A stretch of 64,000 bases of DNA, from IMG/VR virus record IMGVR_UViG_3300001450_010303, positions 1 to 64,000 of that record. One strand, given 5' to 3'. This DNA comes from a virus. Below the pieces are notes generated by a model, which was given only the letters and a program-made list of their open reading frames with translations, was not told the DNA's origin and did not search any database. The stretch's first letter is position 1, and every line of letters begins with the position of its first letter. Shown piece after piece: positions 45,395 through 55,565 of this stretch. Made by a program: the position numbers and the translations under genes.

Positions 45395-46230
45395 GTTATA
45401 AATATGATGTATCCATTCTCATGCCAGCAATCAGAACACACCAATGGTTGATGTTATATGGAAGCTTATACAACGCATGTAGAGAGCATTCATGGGAGTT
45501 GGTTTTGGTGAGTCCGTTTGACTTACCACCGGAGATGACACATTTTGATAATGTTAAGTTAATTAAAGACTATGGCGCCCCCACCCGAGCGGCACAAATT
45601 GGTGCTATACAGTGTGAAGGCGAATTTATGTATCACTGTGTTGATGACGCAATCTTTTTACCGGATGTGATCGATGGCGCTATAAAATTCCTAAGAGAAC
45701 AAAACAATAAAAAACTTGTTGTCAATATGAGATATAGAGAAGGCGCCCAATACGGCGGTGGCACTTTACCAGGACAATTTTGGCTAGCCCACTATCACGA
45801 AGAATTAAGGTTAGCCGGCATTCCAAAAGATTACAAGATTTCGTGCCACCACTTTATGAGAATGGATTATTTTAAAGAGTTAGGCGGTTGGGACTGCAAA
45901 TATGAATATATTAATCACCCATTGCATGACCTTATGTTTAGGGTACAAGCCGACGGTGGCCGCCTGGTTGATTCGCCCATGGATGCAACAACCTGCAACC
46001 ACTATATTAACAAGACCGGCGATCACGCCCCAATTTATGATGCACAAACCTTTAGTGACAAACCAGTGTTTGATGCAATTTACTCTCAACCCGGCAATGC
46101 CGCCGCCAGTAGAATACATATTGATTTAAATAATTGGCAACAGTCCTCTCCTATATGGAAACGTAGATTCAAATATGATGAAGAAGGTAACTTGCCTGAA
46201 AGTTATGATGACTTAGGATATAACAAATGA
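45391..46230 (+). CDS. GT2-like glycosyltransferase (paralog 1)
   Basis: SILMPAIR, VDD, LGGWD. Confidence 0.8.
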   Translation: MSYKYDVSILMPAIRTHQWLMLYGSLYNACREHSWELVLVSPFDLPPEMTHFDNVKLIKDYGAPTRAAQIGAIQCEGEFMYHCVDDAIFLPDVIDGAIKFLREQNNKKLVVNMRYREGAQYGGGTLPGQFWLAHYHEELRLAGIPKDYKISCHHFMRMDYFKELGGWDCKYEYINHPLHDLMFRVQADGGRLVDSPMDATTCNHYINKTGDHAPIYDAQTFSDKPVFDAIYSQPGNAAASRIHIDLNNWQQSSPIWKRRFKYDEEGNLPESYDDLGYNK

Positions 46231-47012
46231 AAGTAGGAATTGTTGGAGTAGGCGTAGTCGGCGCCGCTTGCAAATTTGGATTTGAATTGGTTGGACATAA
46301 CGTTTCAATCCACGATATAATTTATGATACGACACTAACAGATGTACTAGACACAGAAATCGTCTATATATGCGTTCCTACCCCTCAAGCAGAGGATGGA
46401 GCATGTGACGTCAGTATAGTCCGCGAAGTCGTTCTAGAGCTAAAAGAACGCGGCTATAATGGTATTGTAGCCCTCAAGTCGACGGTTGTGCCTGGAACCA
46501 CTCAATCGCTGCGAGAAGAAACGGGCCTGAATGTCTGTTTCGTACCAGAGTTTTTGCGAGAGCGCTGCGCCATCACTGACTTCACAGAGAACCATGATGT
46601 TTGTATAATAGGCTGCAGCGACGATAAAACATATGAGCTTATTAAAAGCTGTCATGAGCCGCTACCAGAAAAGTTTGTTAAACTGACACATGCGGAAGCA
46701 GAATTTTGTAAGTATTTCAACAATGTATACAATGCGATGTTGATTATTTTTGCTAATAGTTTTTATGAGGCCTGTAAGAATAATGGTGTTAATTATACGA
46801 ATGTTAAAAACGCTGTGTCAAATAGAAAGCATATCCACGGCCATTACCTTGAGTGTAATGACAACTTCCGCGGTTTTGGCGGCATGTGTTTGCCAAAAGA
46901 TGTGTCAGCAATGGCAAAACTAATGGAAAGTACCACTGTTGATTTCTTCGAAGATCTTTTAGACGAAAATAGCAAATATAACATTACAGTGTTTGAAGGA
47001 ATGAGAAAATGA
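46227..47012 (+). CDS. UDP-glucose/GDP-mannose dehydrogenase family
   Basis: GVGVVG, ICVPTP, KSTVVPG, PEFLRE, GFGGMCLPKD. Confidence 0.9.
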   Translation: MKVGIVGVGVVGAACKFGFELVGHNVSIHDIIYDTTLTDVLDTEIVYICVPTPQAEDGACDVSIVREVVLELKERGYNGIVALKSTVVPGTTQSLREETGLNVCFVPEFLRERCAITDFTENHDVCIIGCSDDKTYELIKSCHEPLPEKFVKLTHAEAEFCKYFNNVYNAMLIIFANSFYEACKNNGVNYTNVKNAVSNRKHIHGHYLECNDNFRGFGGMCLPKDVSAMAKLMESTTVDFFEDLLDENSKYNITVFEGMRK

Positions 47013-47908
47013 TCTCTAATCGTTATGGGTTTATTTTTATTCACACCCCCAAGACCGGTGGTACATCTGTGCTAACAGCCCTTCACGAAGATACAGACAG
47101 AGAATGCCACATTCATATGGAACAGGAAGTTTCCGGCGGCATTGCGGCCGTGCTCCCAGGAAAAAAAGATTTTCCTTGGTGGGGAGCTTGGATTCAACAA
47201 CAAAGACAGATAGAAGAATACTTTAAACGTAATGGTATAGCTCAACTTTTTCTTGATCCTGCTACGGCAGTTTTTAGTCACTCTACCACGACGTCCAACG
47301 TAGGTGGAGGAAACATCAAACACTTGCCTATTAAATATTGGGCTATGTTATTAGCAGATCAAAGATTACAATCCTATGGTAGTTTTTTAGAAAATTACGG
47401 AATTGTAACCACATGTCGTAACCCTTACAATCGTGAATTTTCAAAGTTTATTTACACGCAGCGACCGGATATCTTAACTATGATTTCTTATTGTAAACAA
47501 AGAGGCTTCTCCAATGAACAAGTTTCGAAAAAACTACAAAGTAATTGGCGCCAGTGGGCTTCTATAAATTTAAGATCCACCCCTGATAGCAATAAAACGA
47601 ATCTGTTCAACACCCAATGTGATTTTTATAGTAGTATAGATAATTCTCCCAATTTGCAATACTTCGGTACTGACAAACCTTTTTTTATTCGGCTTGAACA
47701 CATGGAAGAAGATTATAATAAATTTTGTAAGATGGTAGGAATAAAAAGAAAAACTACTAAAATGCCACATAATCTGAATACCTCTGGTGAATTTAAAGAA
47801 TATTTGCCTGACAATATATTAGAGTGGTATGTGGGAGAACCATTCAACTTAATTCACGAGTCTCGAAAAGAAGATTTTGAGTTGTTACCATATGAAAAGG
47901 AGGTTTAA
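47009..47908 (+). CDS. sulfotransferase family 2 protein
   Basis: FIHTPKTGGTS, RNPYNREFS. Confidence 0.8.
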   Translation: MISNRYGFIFIHTPKTGGTSVLTALHEDTDRECHIHMEQEVSGGIAAVLPGKKDFPWWGAWIQQQRQIEEYFKRNGIAQLFLDPATAVFSHSTTTSNVGGGNIKHLPIKYWAMLLADQRLQSYGSFLENYGIVTTCRNPYNREFSKFIYTQRPDILTMISYCKQRGFSNEQVSKKLQSNWRQWASINLRSTPDSNKTNLFNTQCDFYSSIDNSPNLQYFGTDKPFFIRLEHMEEDYNKFCKMVGIKRKTTKMPHNLNTSGEFKEYLPDNILEWYVGEPFNLIHESRKEDFELLPYEKEV

Positions 47909-47909
47909 A

Positions 47910-48923
47910 ATGAAAAAGGTTTTAATTACAGGTAGCCAAGGTTTTATTGGCTCATATCTATGTACCGAATATTTGGACAAGGGGTATCAAGTTGTCGGCA
48001 TTGATAACTTTTCAAAATACGGCCCAATCTCCCGCCCCCATGATAACCATGTAAATTTCGAACTAATTGAGATGGACATAATCGATGTAAAAACATCAGA
48101 GATTCCACCGACTCTAAAAGATGTAGATTACATTATTGCGGGTGCTGCTATGATCGGTGGTATTACATACTTTCACAAATATGCTTATGATCTGTTGGCA
48201 ACAAATGAAAGAATTTTAGCCTCTACATTTGATCTAGCGATAAAGCTCAACAAATTTCATAGTTTGAGACGAATCGTAGTATTGTCTAGTAGCATGGTTT
48301 TTGAGAATACAACTGTATATCCAACTCCAGAGAGTGAAATTAAGACATGTGCCCCACCGCTAAGTACATACGGGTTTCAAAAATTAGCCGTTGAATATTT
48401 TTGTAAAGGAGCCTACGAACAATACAAGCTACCTTATACAATAATACGTCCTTTTAATTGTGTTGGTGTTGGAGAGGAAGACGCCATTGGAGAACATGAA
48501 GTTAAATCTGGAAACATTAAACTCATGATGAGTCATGTCCTGCCGGATATCGTTAATAAAATTATGAAGGGACAAGACCCTTTACATATCCTTGGTTCAG
48601 GCGAACAGATACGCTGTTACACAAATGGAAAAGACATCGCCCGAGGAATACGGATGTGCATGGAAAGTTCAGCCGCGATAAACGAGGATTTCAATATCTC
48701 AATATCTCAGCCAACATCAGTAATAGAGTTAGCTAAGGTAGTATGGGGTATTTTAAACCCAGGAAAAGAATTCACGTTTGTTTCTGATAAAGCATATGAA
48801 TATGATGTGCAAAGGCGTATTCCAAATACTAATAAGGCAAAAGAAATGTTAGGGTTCGAGGCACAGATTGGTCTGATAGAATCTGTGCGAGAGGTTATAG
48901 AATATATGAGAGGTAAAACGTGA
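47910..48923 (+). CDS. NAD-dependent epimerase/dehydratase
   Basis: TGSQGFIG, SSSMV, YGFQK, RPFN. Confidence 0.9.
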   Translation: MKKVLITGSQGFIGSYLCTEYLDKGYQVVGIDNFSKYGPISRPHDNHVNFELIEMDIIDVKTSEIPPTLKDVDYIIAGAAMIGGITYFHKYAYDLLATNERILASTFDLAIKLNKFHSLRRIVVLSSSMVFENTTVYPTPESEIKTCAPPLSTYGFQKLAVEYFCKGAYEQYKLPYTIIRPFNCVGVGEEDAIGEHEVKSGNIKLMMSHVLPDIVNKIMKGQDPLHILGSGEQIRCYTNGKDIARGIRMCMESSAAINEDFNISISQPTSVIELAKVVWGILNPGKEFTFVSDKAYEYDVQRRIPNTNKAKEMLGFEAQIGLIESVREVIEYMRGKT

Positions 48924-49708
48924 AAAAACCAGAGATATCACTTATATTACCGAGCATCAGAACAGAACGATTACCAAAATTATATGAATCAATCCTTAGT
49001 TCAACCAGTCGCGACTTCGAGTTAATAGTATGCGGCCCTAATCCATTACCAGAGGAGTTAAAAGAAGAAAAAAATGTCAAATACGTAAAGGATTATGGCT
49101 CACCAGTCCGTGCATCTAATATAGCTGCTTCTCTATGCGAAGGAGAAATATATACTTGGTTGGCAGATGACTGTCTATTTTTTGAAAATTCACTTGACAC
49201 ATGTATAGAAGCATATTATAATATGGGTGCGGCTAAAAACAACGTCCTCGTTGCAAAGTATTTCGAAGGACAAAACGGCTCCCTCGAACGGAGTACGTTA
49301 CAGCCAGATAGCTATTTTAGAATTAATGGAACCCCCGCAGCTTCAGAACACATTCCAAATGACTGGTGGTTATTTAATATAGCTTTTATGAGATCTAATT
49401 TTTTTAATGAACTGGGTGGATGGGATTGTTCGTACGAGGGAACATGGGCCTCCCATGCTGACATGGCCATTAGAGCCCAATATCTTGGCGCCAACGTCAA
49501 GATGGCAGATATCCCATTATTTGAGTGTGACCACATGCCTGGCGGCACCGGAGACCACATGCCAATCTTTATTTGCCAACATGAACATGACGAGCCATTA
49601 CTACAACAAAGATACAGAGATCCAAACTGGACTGTTAATATAAATCCAAAACTTAAACTAGAAAACTGGAAAAACGCACCTGCAGTGTGGAAGAGGAGAT
49701 TCAAATAA
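48920..49708 (+). CDS. GT2-like glycosyltransferase (paralog 2)
   Basis: SLILPSIR, ADD, LGGWD. Confidence 0.8.
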   Translation: MKKPEISLILPSIRTERLPKLYESILSSTSRDFELIVCGPNPLPEELKEEKNVKYVKDYGSPVRASNIAASLCEGEIYTWLADDCLFFENSLDTCIEAYYNMGAAKNNVLVAKYFEGQNGSLERSTLQPDSYFRINGTPAASEHIPNDWWLFNIAFMRSNFFNELGGWDCSYEGTWASHADMAIRAQYLGANVKMADIPLFECDHMPGGTGDHMPIFICQHEHDEPLLQQRYRDPNWTVNINPKLKLENWKNAPAVWKRRFK

Positions 49709-50484
49709 TGCATTACGACCTATCAATTTGCTTACCTGCCCACAGAACACATCTATGGAAAAGGTTATATGATACTGCAGCTGAAGCTGTTGGCCCAAAT
49801 CATACTTGGGAAATGATCTTAGTTGGCCCCAATGAACCACCAGAAGAGCTAGCTAAGAAGAATAACTTTAAATTTTTTAAAGATTACGGTACTCCATCTC
49901 GTTGCGCTCAAATAGCAACAACTTTAGCTGAAGGAGAACTAATGATGTGGGGCTCGGATGATGGATATTTTCTTAAGGATTCAATTGGTGAATGTATTGA
50001 AATACATAAAAATCTACCATTTAAGGATGCGATAATTATAAAATATGCAGAAGGTCGTGATATTAGCGGAAAATGTCCCGAAGATAGCTATTGGACTGCT
50101 TGGACTCACCCGGACTTACGTTTGCCAGGAGTTCCAAAAGACTATAAAATAACTCTTTTAGCAATGTATAAATTAGAATATTTTAGAGAATTAGGTGGCT
50201 GGGATTGTAGGTTTGAACATTTAAATATGAATACACATGATTTATCCTTCAGGGCTCAGCGAAATGGAAGTAAAATACACTTCTCTCCAAACCTCGTCCT
50301 AACATGTGATTGGAACCCAAATGAGGGCGACCATATACCAGTACAACAAGCTTATCATGCCAATGACGCACCCCTGTTTAGGAATATGTATATGCAAGAT
50401 CAATCGGAAAGAATCAAAATTGATTACTTTAATTGGGCTAAAAGCCCACCGGTTTGGAAAAGAAGATTCGGAGAAGAAAAATGA
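49708..50484 (+). CDS. GT2-like glycosyltransferase (paralog 3)
   Basis: SICLPAHR, SDD, LGGWD. Confidence 0.8.
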   Translation: MHYDLSICLPAHRTHLWKRLYDTAAEAVGPNHTWEMILVGPNEPPEELAKKNNFKFFKDYGTPSRCAQIATTLAEGELMMWGSDDGYFLKDSIGECIEIHKNLPFKDAIIIKYAEGRDISGKCPEDSYWTAWTHPDLRLPGVPKDYKITLLAMYKLEYFRELGGWDCRFEHLNMNTHDLSFRAQRNGSKIHFSPNLVLTCDWNPNEGDHIPVQQAYHANDAPLFRNMYMQDQSERIKIDYFNWAKSPPVWKRRFGEEK

Positions 50485-51410
50485 AAACCATCTTAGTAAC
50501 AGGTGGCCGCGGCCTAGTAGGATCTGCTATCCGCAGCATCAGCACCTTATATCCACAATATAACTTTGTCTTTTCAGGACACAAAGAACACGATCTGACT
50601 GTTGAAGAAGACGTAAAGAGATTATTTGAAGAGGTTAAACCAGCTTTCGTAATCCATGCGGCGGCGCGCGTTGGAGGAATAGGGAGAAACTTAAACTCCC
50701 CAGCGCAACAATATTACAGCAACATTTTAATGAATGCGTTTGTAATACACCACGCTCAGTTAAATGGAGTAGAGAAATTATTAGCATTCTCATCAGTGTG
50801 TGCTTTCCCAGCCGGCTCCAAAAACATTCACGAAGACATCCTACACGATGGAGAGCCATATCCTGCTCATTACTCTTACGCGTATTCCAAGAGAATGGTA
50901 GATGTCCAGATCCAGGCATATAAACAACAACACAAAGTTAATTATTGTTCTGTGATCCCGGGAAACATCTTTGGTGAGAATGATAACTTTAATTTAGAAG
51001 ATGGCCACGTAGTTCCATCATTGGTGCGAAAGTGTTTTCACGCAAAACAGACAAATACTCCACTGCAAGTATGGGGTGATGGAACACCATATCGCGAGTT
51101 CTTATATGCTAAAGATGTTGCAAAAGCTTGTATAGAATTAATAGAAAAACCAGGCGAACTTCCGCTGAGAGTCATTGTCTCCGGACAAGAAGAAACACAG
51201 ATTAAAGACCTAGTGAAATTAGTTTGCGATGCCACAGGTTATCATGATGTTGAGTGGCTAACAGATAAGCCTAACGGACAGATGCGCCGACCAACAAACA
51301 AAGATGTTTTTAATAAAGCACTTCCAGATTTCGAATATACAGATTTAGAGACCGCTATGAAAAACACCGTAAATTGGTTCGAGGAGAACTACCCAAACGT
51401 GAGACTATGA
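50481..51410 (+). CDS. fcl: GDP-L-fucose synthase family epimerase-reductase (Fcl/ColC-like)
   Basis: TGGRGLVG, AARVGGI, SSVC, YAYSK, HVVP, WGDG..REF. Confidence 0.88.
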   Translation: MKTILVTGGRGLVGSAIRSISTLYPQYNFVFSGHKEHDLTVEEDVKRLFEEVKPAFVIHAAARVGGIGRNLNSPAQQYYSNILMNAFVIHHAQLNGVEKLLAFSSVCAFPAGSKNIHEDILHDGEPYPAHYSYAYSKRMVDVQIQAYKQQHKVNYCSVIPGNIFGENDNFNLEDGHVVPSLVRKCFHAKQTNTPLQVWGDGTPYREFLYAKDVAKACIELIEKPGELPLRVIVSGQEETQIKDLVKLVCDATGYHDVEWLTDKPNGQMRRPTNKDVFNKALPDFEYTDLETAMKNTVNWFEENYPNVRL

Positions 51411-52378
51411 AAAAAGCTTTAATTACAGGAATAAATGGCCAAGATGGCTCATACCTAGCAGAGCTTCTTTTAGAGAAGGGATATGATGTGCATGGGATCG
51501 TTAGAAGGAACTCAATACCAGAGAATCAAACAGCCAGGATCCAACACATATATGAAGATATCAAAAATAATTTATATCATGCTGATGTGTGCGATATGTC
51601 TTCATTATTATCTATAATTAATAAAACAAAGCCTGATGAAATTTATAACTTAGCAGCCCAAAGCCATGTTAGAATTAGTTTTGATCAGCCAAGCTATACC
51701 CTCGATACAATTGGTACCGGAACACTTAATTTATTAGAGGTTATACGCTTGGTCAGTCCGGATACTAAACTATATCAGGCCTCAAGCTCAGAGATGTTCG
51801 GAAATTCCATAGATCCGGACGGATTTCAACGTGAATCAACACCAATGAATCCGGTAAGTCCATATGCTTGCGCCAAACAGTTAGCCTATAACCTCGTAAG
51901 GTGTTATAGAGATTCATATAATTTATATGCATCAAACGGCATTTTATTTAATCATGAATCACCCCGCCGCGGCGGCAACTTTGTAACCAACAAAATAGTG
52001 ATTGGGGCTGTAAAGATAAAAAAGGGATTGCAAGATAAATTGGCGTTAGGAAATTTAGACTCCACAAGAGATTGGGGACATGCGAAAGATTACGTTAAAA
52101 TAATGTGGCAGATTATGCAGCTGGAGCATCCCAGTGATTATGTGTGTGCAACAGGAAAATCTCATTCAGTCAGAGAATTTGTAGATCTTACTTTTAGTAA
52201 GTTAGATCTGGATTATAAGGACTATGTTATCCAAGATCCTCGATTTTTCCGCCCTAACGAATTGCATGACCTGAAAGGAGACACCGCTAAACTAAAAGAA
52301 GCAATAGACTTAAAATTTACATATACATTTGATATAATGATAGATGAGATGATTGATTATTGGATGGAGAAACTATAA
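51407..52378 (+). CDS. gmd: GDP-mannose 4,6-dehydratase
   Basis: ITGINGQDGSYL, NLAAQSHV, QASSSE, FNHESPRR, RDWGHA. Confidence 0.95.
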   Translation: MKKALITGINGQDGSYLAELLLEKGYDVHGIVRRNSIPENQTARIQHIYEDIKNNLYHADVCDMSSLLSIINKTKPDEIYNLAAQSHVRISFDQPSYTLDTIGTGTLNLLEVIRLVSPDTKLYQASSSEMFGNSIDPDGFQRESTPMNPVSPYACAKQLAYNLVRCYRDSYNLYASNGILFNHESPRRGGNFVTNKIVIGAVKIKKGLQDKLALGNLDSTRDWGHAKDYVKIMWQIMQLEHPSDYVCATGKSHSVREFVDLTFSKLDLDYKDYVIQDPRFFRPNELHDLKGDTAKLKEAIDLKFTYTFDIMIDEMIDYWMEKL

Positions 52379-52930
52379 ATGGTTAAATTAAACCTTGGTT
52401 GTGGAGATAGAAAAATCCATGGGTTTATAAATGTTGATGCACGCGAAGATGTTTCACCTGATGTAATATGCGATGTGACTAAAATACATGAAAAATTCAG
52501 AGATGCAGACATTATATATGCATGCCACGTATTAGAACACTTCCCAACAAAACCATTTACATTCCAAAAAATCACATGGGAAGAAGTGCTGCTTAGTTGG
52601 TTTCTGGCTTTGAAGCCTGGTGGAAAACTCAGGGTTTCAGTCCCTGATATTCGGGCTGCTTGTGAATATTATTTACGAACTAATGATTTTGAGAGCGTAA
52701 GAGCGTTTTTTTATGGAGGACAAAAATATGATTTTGATTTTCATTATCATGGGTGGTCTGAAGAAACACTTACAAAGGCACTCAAGAAAATTGGTTTTAC
52801 GAAAGTAGAAATATATGATTGGAAGACAACTGAGCACTTTTATATTGATGATTATAGCCAAGCATATTTGCCACATATGGATAAAACAAATGGCAAGCTG
52901 ATGAGCTTAAACATAGAAGCAACAAAATAA
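52379..52930 (+). CDS. class I SAM-dependent methyltransferase-like protein
   Basis: LNLGCG, HVLEH, LKPGG. Confidence 0.85.
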   Translation: MVKLNLGCGDRKIHGFINVDAREDVSPDVICDVTKIHEKFRDADIIYACHVLEHFPTKPFTFQKITWEEVLLSWFLALKPGGKLRVSVPDIRAACEYYLRTNDFESVRAFFYGGQKYDFDFHYHGWSEETLTKALKKIGFTKVEIYDWKTTEHFYIDDYSQAYLPHMDKTNGKLMSLNIEATK

Positions 52931-52940
52931 GGAAATTAAA

Positions 52941-54104
52941 ATGGACATTACTTACCCGCTAGCAAAAGAGACTATCAATGATGAAGATATCAATGCACTT
53001 TGTGATTGGTTGAAGGGTTACCCTCGCCTGACCAAAGGTGATCTTACATGGAAAGTAGAAGAGGACTGGGCGAAATACATAGGAACCTCCTATTCTGTTT
53101 TTAATAATTCAGGATCGTCCGCCAATCTACTCATGGTCGCCGCGGCAATACAGTGCGGCCGTATCGCGAACAAAAAGATTGTAATTCCCTCAGTCGGCTG
53201 GGTTACTACGGTCGCACCAGCAATGCAACTTGGTTTAGAACCAATAATGTGTGGTGCCGATCCAGAGACATATGGTATGGATTTAGACCAACTTGAGACA
53301 ATATGCGAAGAGCATAACCCTGACGCCGTGATGTTCGTCCAAGTATTGGGAATACCACACCATAAAGAGCGCCTGCTGGCTCTCAAAGAAAGATATGGAT
53401 TCACCCTCTTAGAAGACGCATGCGCCGCTCTGGGAGCATCCTACAACGATGGAGCGATGGTAGGAACTATAGGAGACATGTCGACATTCTCATTCTATTT
53501 TGGCCACCAGTTATCAACCATCGAAGGTGGAATGGTTAATACTAATGACAAAGAACTATATGATATGTTATTGATGCTCCGGAGCCATGGCTGGGCAAAA
53601 GATTTAGACGAAGAAACGCGCAATAAAATGATGACTGACCATGGTGTTGATGACTTCCACTCCCCATTTACCTTTTTTATCCCAGGATATAATCTGAGAT
53701 CCACCGATCTTCAAGCATTTTTAGGAATAAGACAAATTGAAAAGGCTGAATGGGCGGCAACAAACCGAAATACGAACCATAAACTATATGCAGAAAAACT
53801 AGAAGGGGTGGTAGAATTTCAAAGATGGGGTGAAAATAATCCTGTTTCTATCTCTTTCGGAGCCCTCGCAAGAAGCACGGTACAAAGGAAAGAAATAGTA
53901 GATAGATTGGTAGAGAATGGTATAGAAACAAGGATCTTCAGCGCTGGAAACCTTGGCCGCCACCCATTTTGGACTGATAAATACCCAGTTTTTAAAGATA
54001 GGGTGAGTGATAAAATACACGCGTGTGGATTCTTTTTGCCTAACTATCCTGAACTAACTGAAAAAGAAATTGACTTTATTTGTAATGTTGTTAAAGGAGT
54101 TTAG
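52941..54104 (+). CDS. PLP-dependent DegT-family enzyme, ColD-like 3-dehydratase
   Basis: NSGSSANL, EDAC, SFYFGHQLSTIEGG (His at the Schiff-base Lys position), LRSHGW, PGYNLR. Confidence 0.8.
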   Translation: MDITYPLAKETINDEDINALCDWLKGYPRLTKGDLTWKVEEDWAKYIGTSYSVFNNSGSSANLLMVAAAIQCGRIANKKIVIPSVGWVTTVAPAMQLGLEPIMCGADPETYGMDLDQLETICEEHNPDAVMFVQVLGIPHHKERLLALKERYGFTLLEDACAALGASYNDGAMVGTIGDMSTFSFYFGHQLSTIEGGMVNTNDKELYDMLLMLRSHGWAKDLDEETRNKMMTDHGVDDFHSPFTFFIPGYNLRSTDLQAFLGIRQIEKAEWAATNRNTNHKLYAEKLEGVVEFQRWGENNPVSISFGALARSTVQRKEIVDRLVENGIETRIFSAGNLGRHPFWTDKYPVFKDRVSDKIHACGFFLPNYPELTEKEIDFICNVVKGV

Positions 54105-54841
54105 TGCGTATCTTGGTCATAGGAGAGAGTTGTAAAGACATTTACCAATATGGTGATTGTGTAAGACTGTGCCCCGAGGCGCCAGTCCCTGTTTTTAGAA
54201 GCGGAAATCTAAAGACTGAGAACCCAGGAATGGCGAAAAATGTTTGGCGGAACATAAAATCTTTAGTAGATTTTGATGTCGATATAGAGACTAATAAAAA
54301 CTGGCTTAGTATCACTAAGACTAGATGCGTCGATAATAGAACAAATTATATCATAGTCCGCATCGATGAAGGAGATGATGGTTACTCTCGGTGTGATGTA
54401 AAAAGTATCGAGTACCATAAATACGATGTCATAGTTATATCGGATTACAATAAAGGATTTTTAACAGAGTCAGATATCGAATATGTTTCCAATCAACACT
54501 CGACTACTTTTTTAGATACGAAAAAGATACTCGGAGAATGGTGTAAAAAAATCAAGTTTATTAAAATAAATGAATTTGAATACGAGAGAACAAAGCACAA
54601 ATTGACACCAGAACTAATCGAAAAGATGATAATAACTCTCGGACCCAATGGAGCAAGACACAAAGGTATTGGATTTCCAGTACCAAAGGTAGAAATAAAA
54701 GACACTTCAGGCGCCGGCGATACGTTTGTTGCAGCATTAGCCTCGTCTTATGCGACAACAAAAGACATTTTTAAAGCAATTGAATTTGCAAATGAAAATG
54801 CTACTAAAGTTGTCCAGCGAAAGGGCGTAAGTACTATATGA
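54104..54841 (+). CDS. HldE/RfaE-type heptose kinase domain (PfkB)
   Basis: RLCPEAPVPV, SDYNKG, DTSGAGDTF. Confidence 0.85.
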   Translation: MRILVIGESCKDIYQYGDCVRLCPEAPVPVFRSGNLKTENPGMAKNVWRNIKSLVDFDVDIETNKNWLSITKTRCVDNRTNYIIVRIDEGDDGYSRCDVKSIEYHKYDVIVISDYNKGFLTESDIEYVSNQHSTTFLDTKKILGEWCKKIKFIKINEFEYERTKHKLTPELIEKMIITLGPNGARHKGIGFPVPKVEIKDTSGAGDTFVAALASSYATTKDIFKAIEFANENATKVVQRKGVSTI

Positions 54842-55233
54842 CTAAAGCTGTCTGGACCAATGGATGTTTTGACATATTACACCGCGGCCACATTGAAATG
54901 CTTCAATATGCTAAATCTTTGGGCGACTGTTTAATAGTTGGAATTGATTCAGATGCAAAAGTAAAGTCAGACAAGGGCGTAGAAAGGCCATATAACAATG
55001 AAATAGATAGAAAATTTATGTTGAAAGCAATAAAATTCGTTGATGAGGTGGTTATATTTGATTCGGCTATTAAGTTAGAAAACTTGATAGAAAACATAGC
55101 ACCATATTACATGGTTATAGGATCTGATTGGAAAGGAAAAAAAGTTGTAGGACAACAACATTGCAAAGAGCTTAAATTTTTTGATAGAATCAGTAGCTAT
55201 TCAACAACAAATATACTGGAGAATAATAGATGA
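54838..55233 (+). CDS. HldE/RfaE-type nucleotidyltransferase domain
   Basis: TNGCFDILHRGH, KG..RP, YSTT. Confidence 0.88.
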   Translation: MTKAVWTNGCFDILHRGHIEMLQYAKSLGDCLIVGIDSDAKVKSDKGVERPYNNEIDRKFMLKAIKFVDEVVIFDSAIKLENLIENIAPYYMVIGSDWKGKKVVGQQHCKELKFFDRISSYSTTNILENNR

Positions 55234-55565
55234 CATATGTATTTGATATTGATGGCACCTTATGTATAAAAGATGCGTCAGCGCCTTATAACGACGCTTC
55301 GCCCCTACCTCAGAGAATTAACATGGTGAATAATTTATATGATGCCGGCCATACTATAATAATGCAAACCGCCCGCGGAATGGGAAGACATAATAATAAC
55401 CAACAACTTGCAGTACAACAATTTTACGCGCTAACGGCGGAACAACTTAAGGATTGGGGAGTTAAATATCACCTTTTATTTTTAGGAAAGCCGGCAGGAG
55501 ATATTTATATAGATGATAAGGGGATTAAAGATGAAGACTTCTTTACCGATGATACACGTCAATAA
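55230..55565 (+). CDS. HAD phosphatase (capsule-biosynthesis type)
   Basis: FDIDGT, TARGM, GKP, YIDDK. Confidence 0.85.
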   Translation: MTYVFDIDGTLCIKDASAPYNDASPLPQRINMVNNLYDAGHTIIMQTARGMGRHNNNQQLAVQQFYALTAEQLKDWGVKYHLLFLGKPAGDIYIDDKGIKDEDFFTDDTRQ

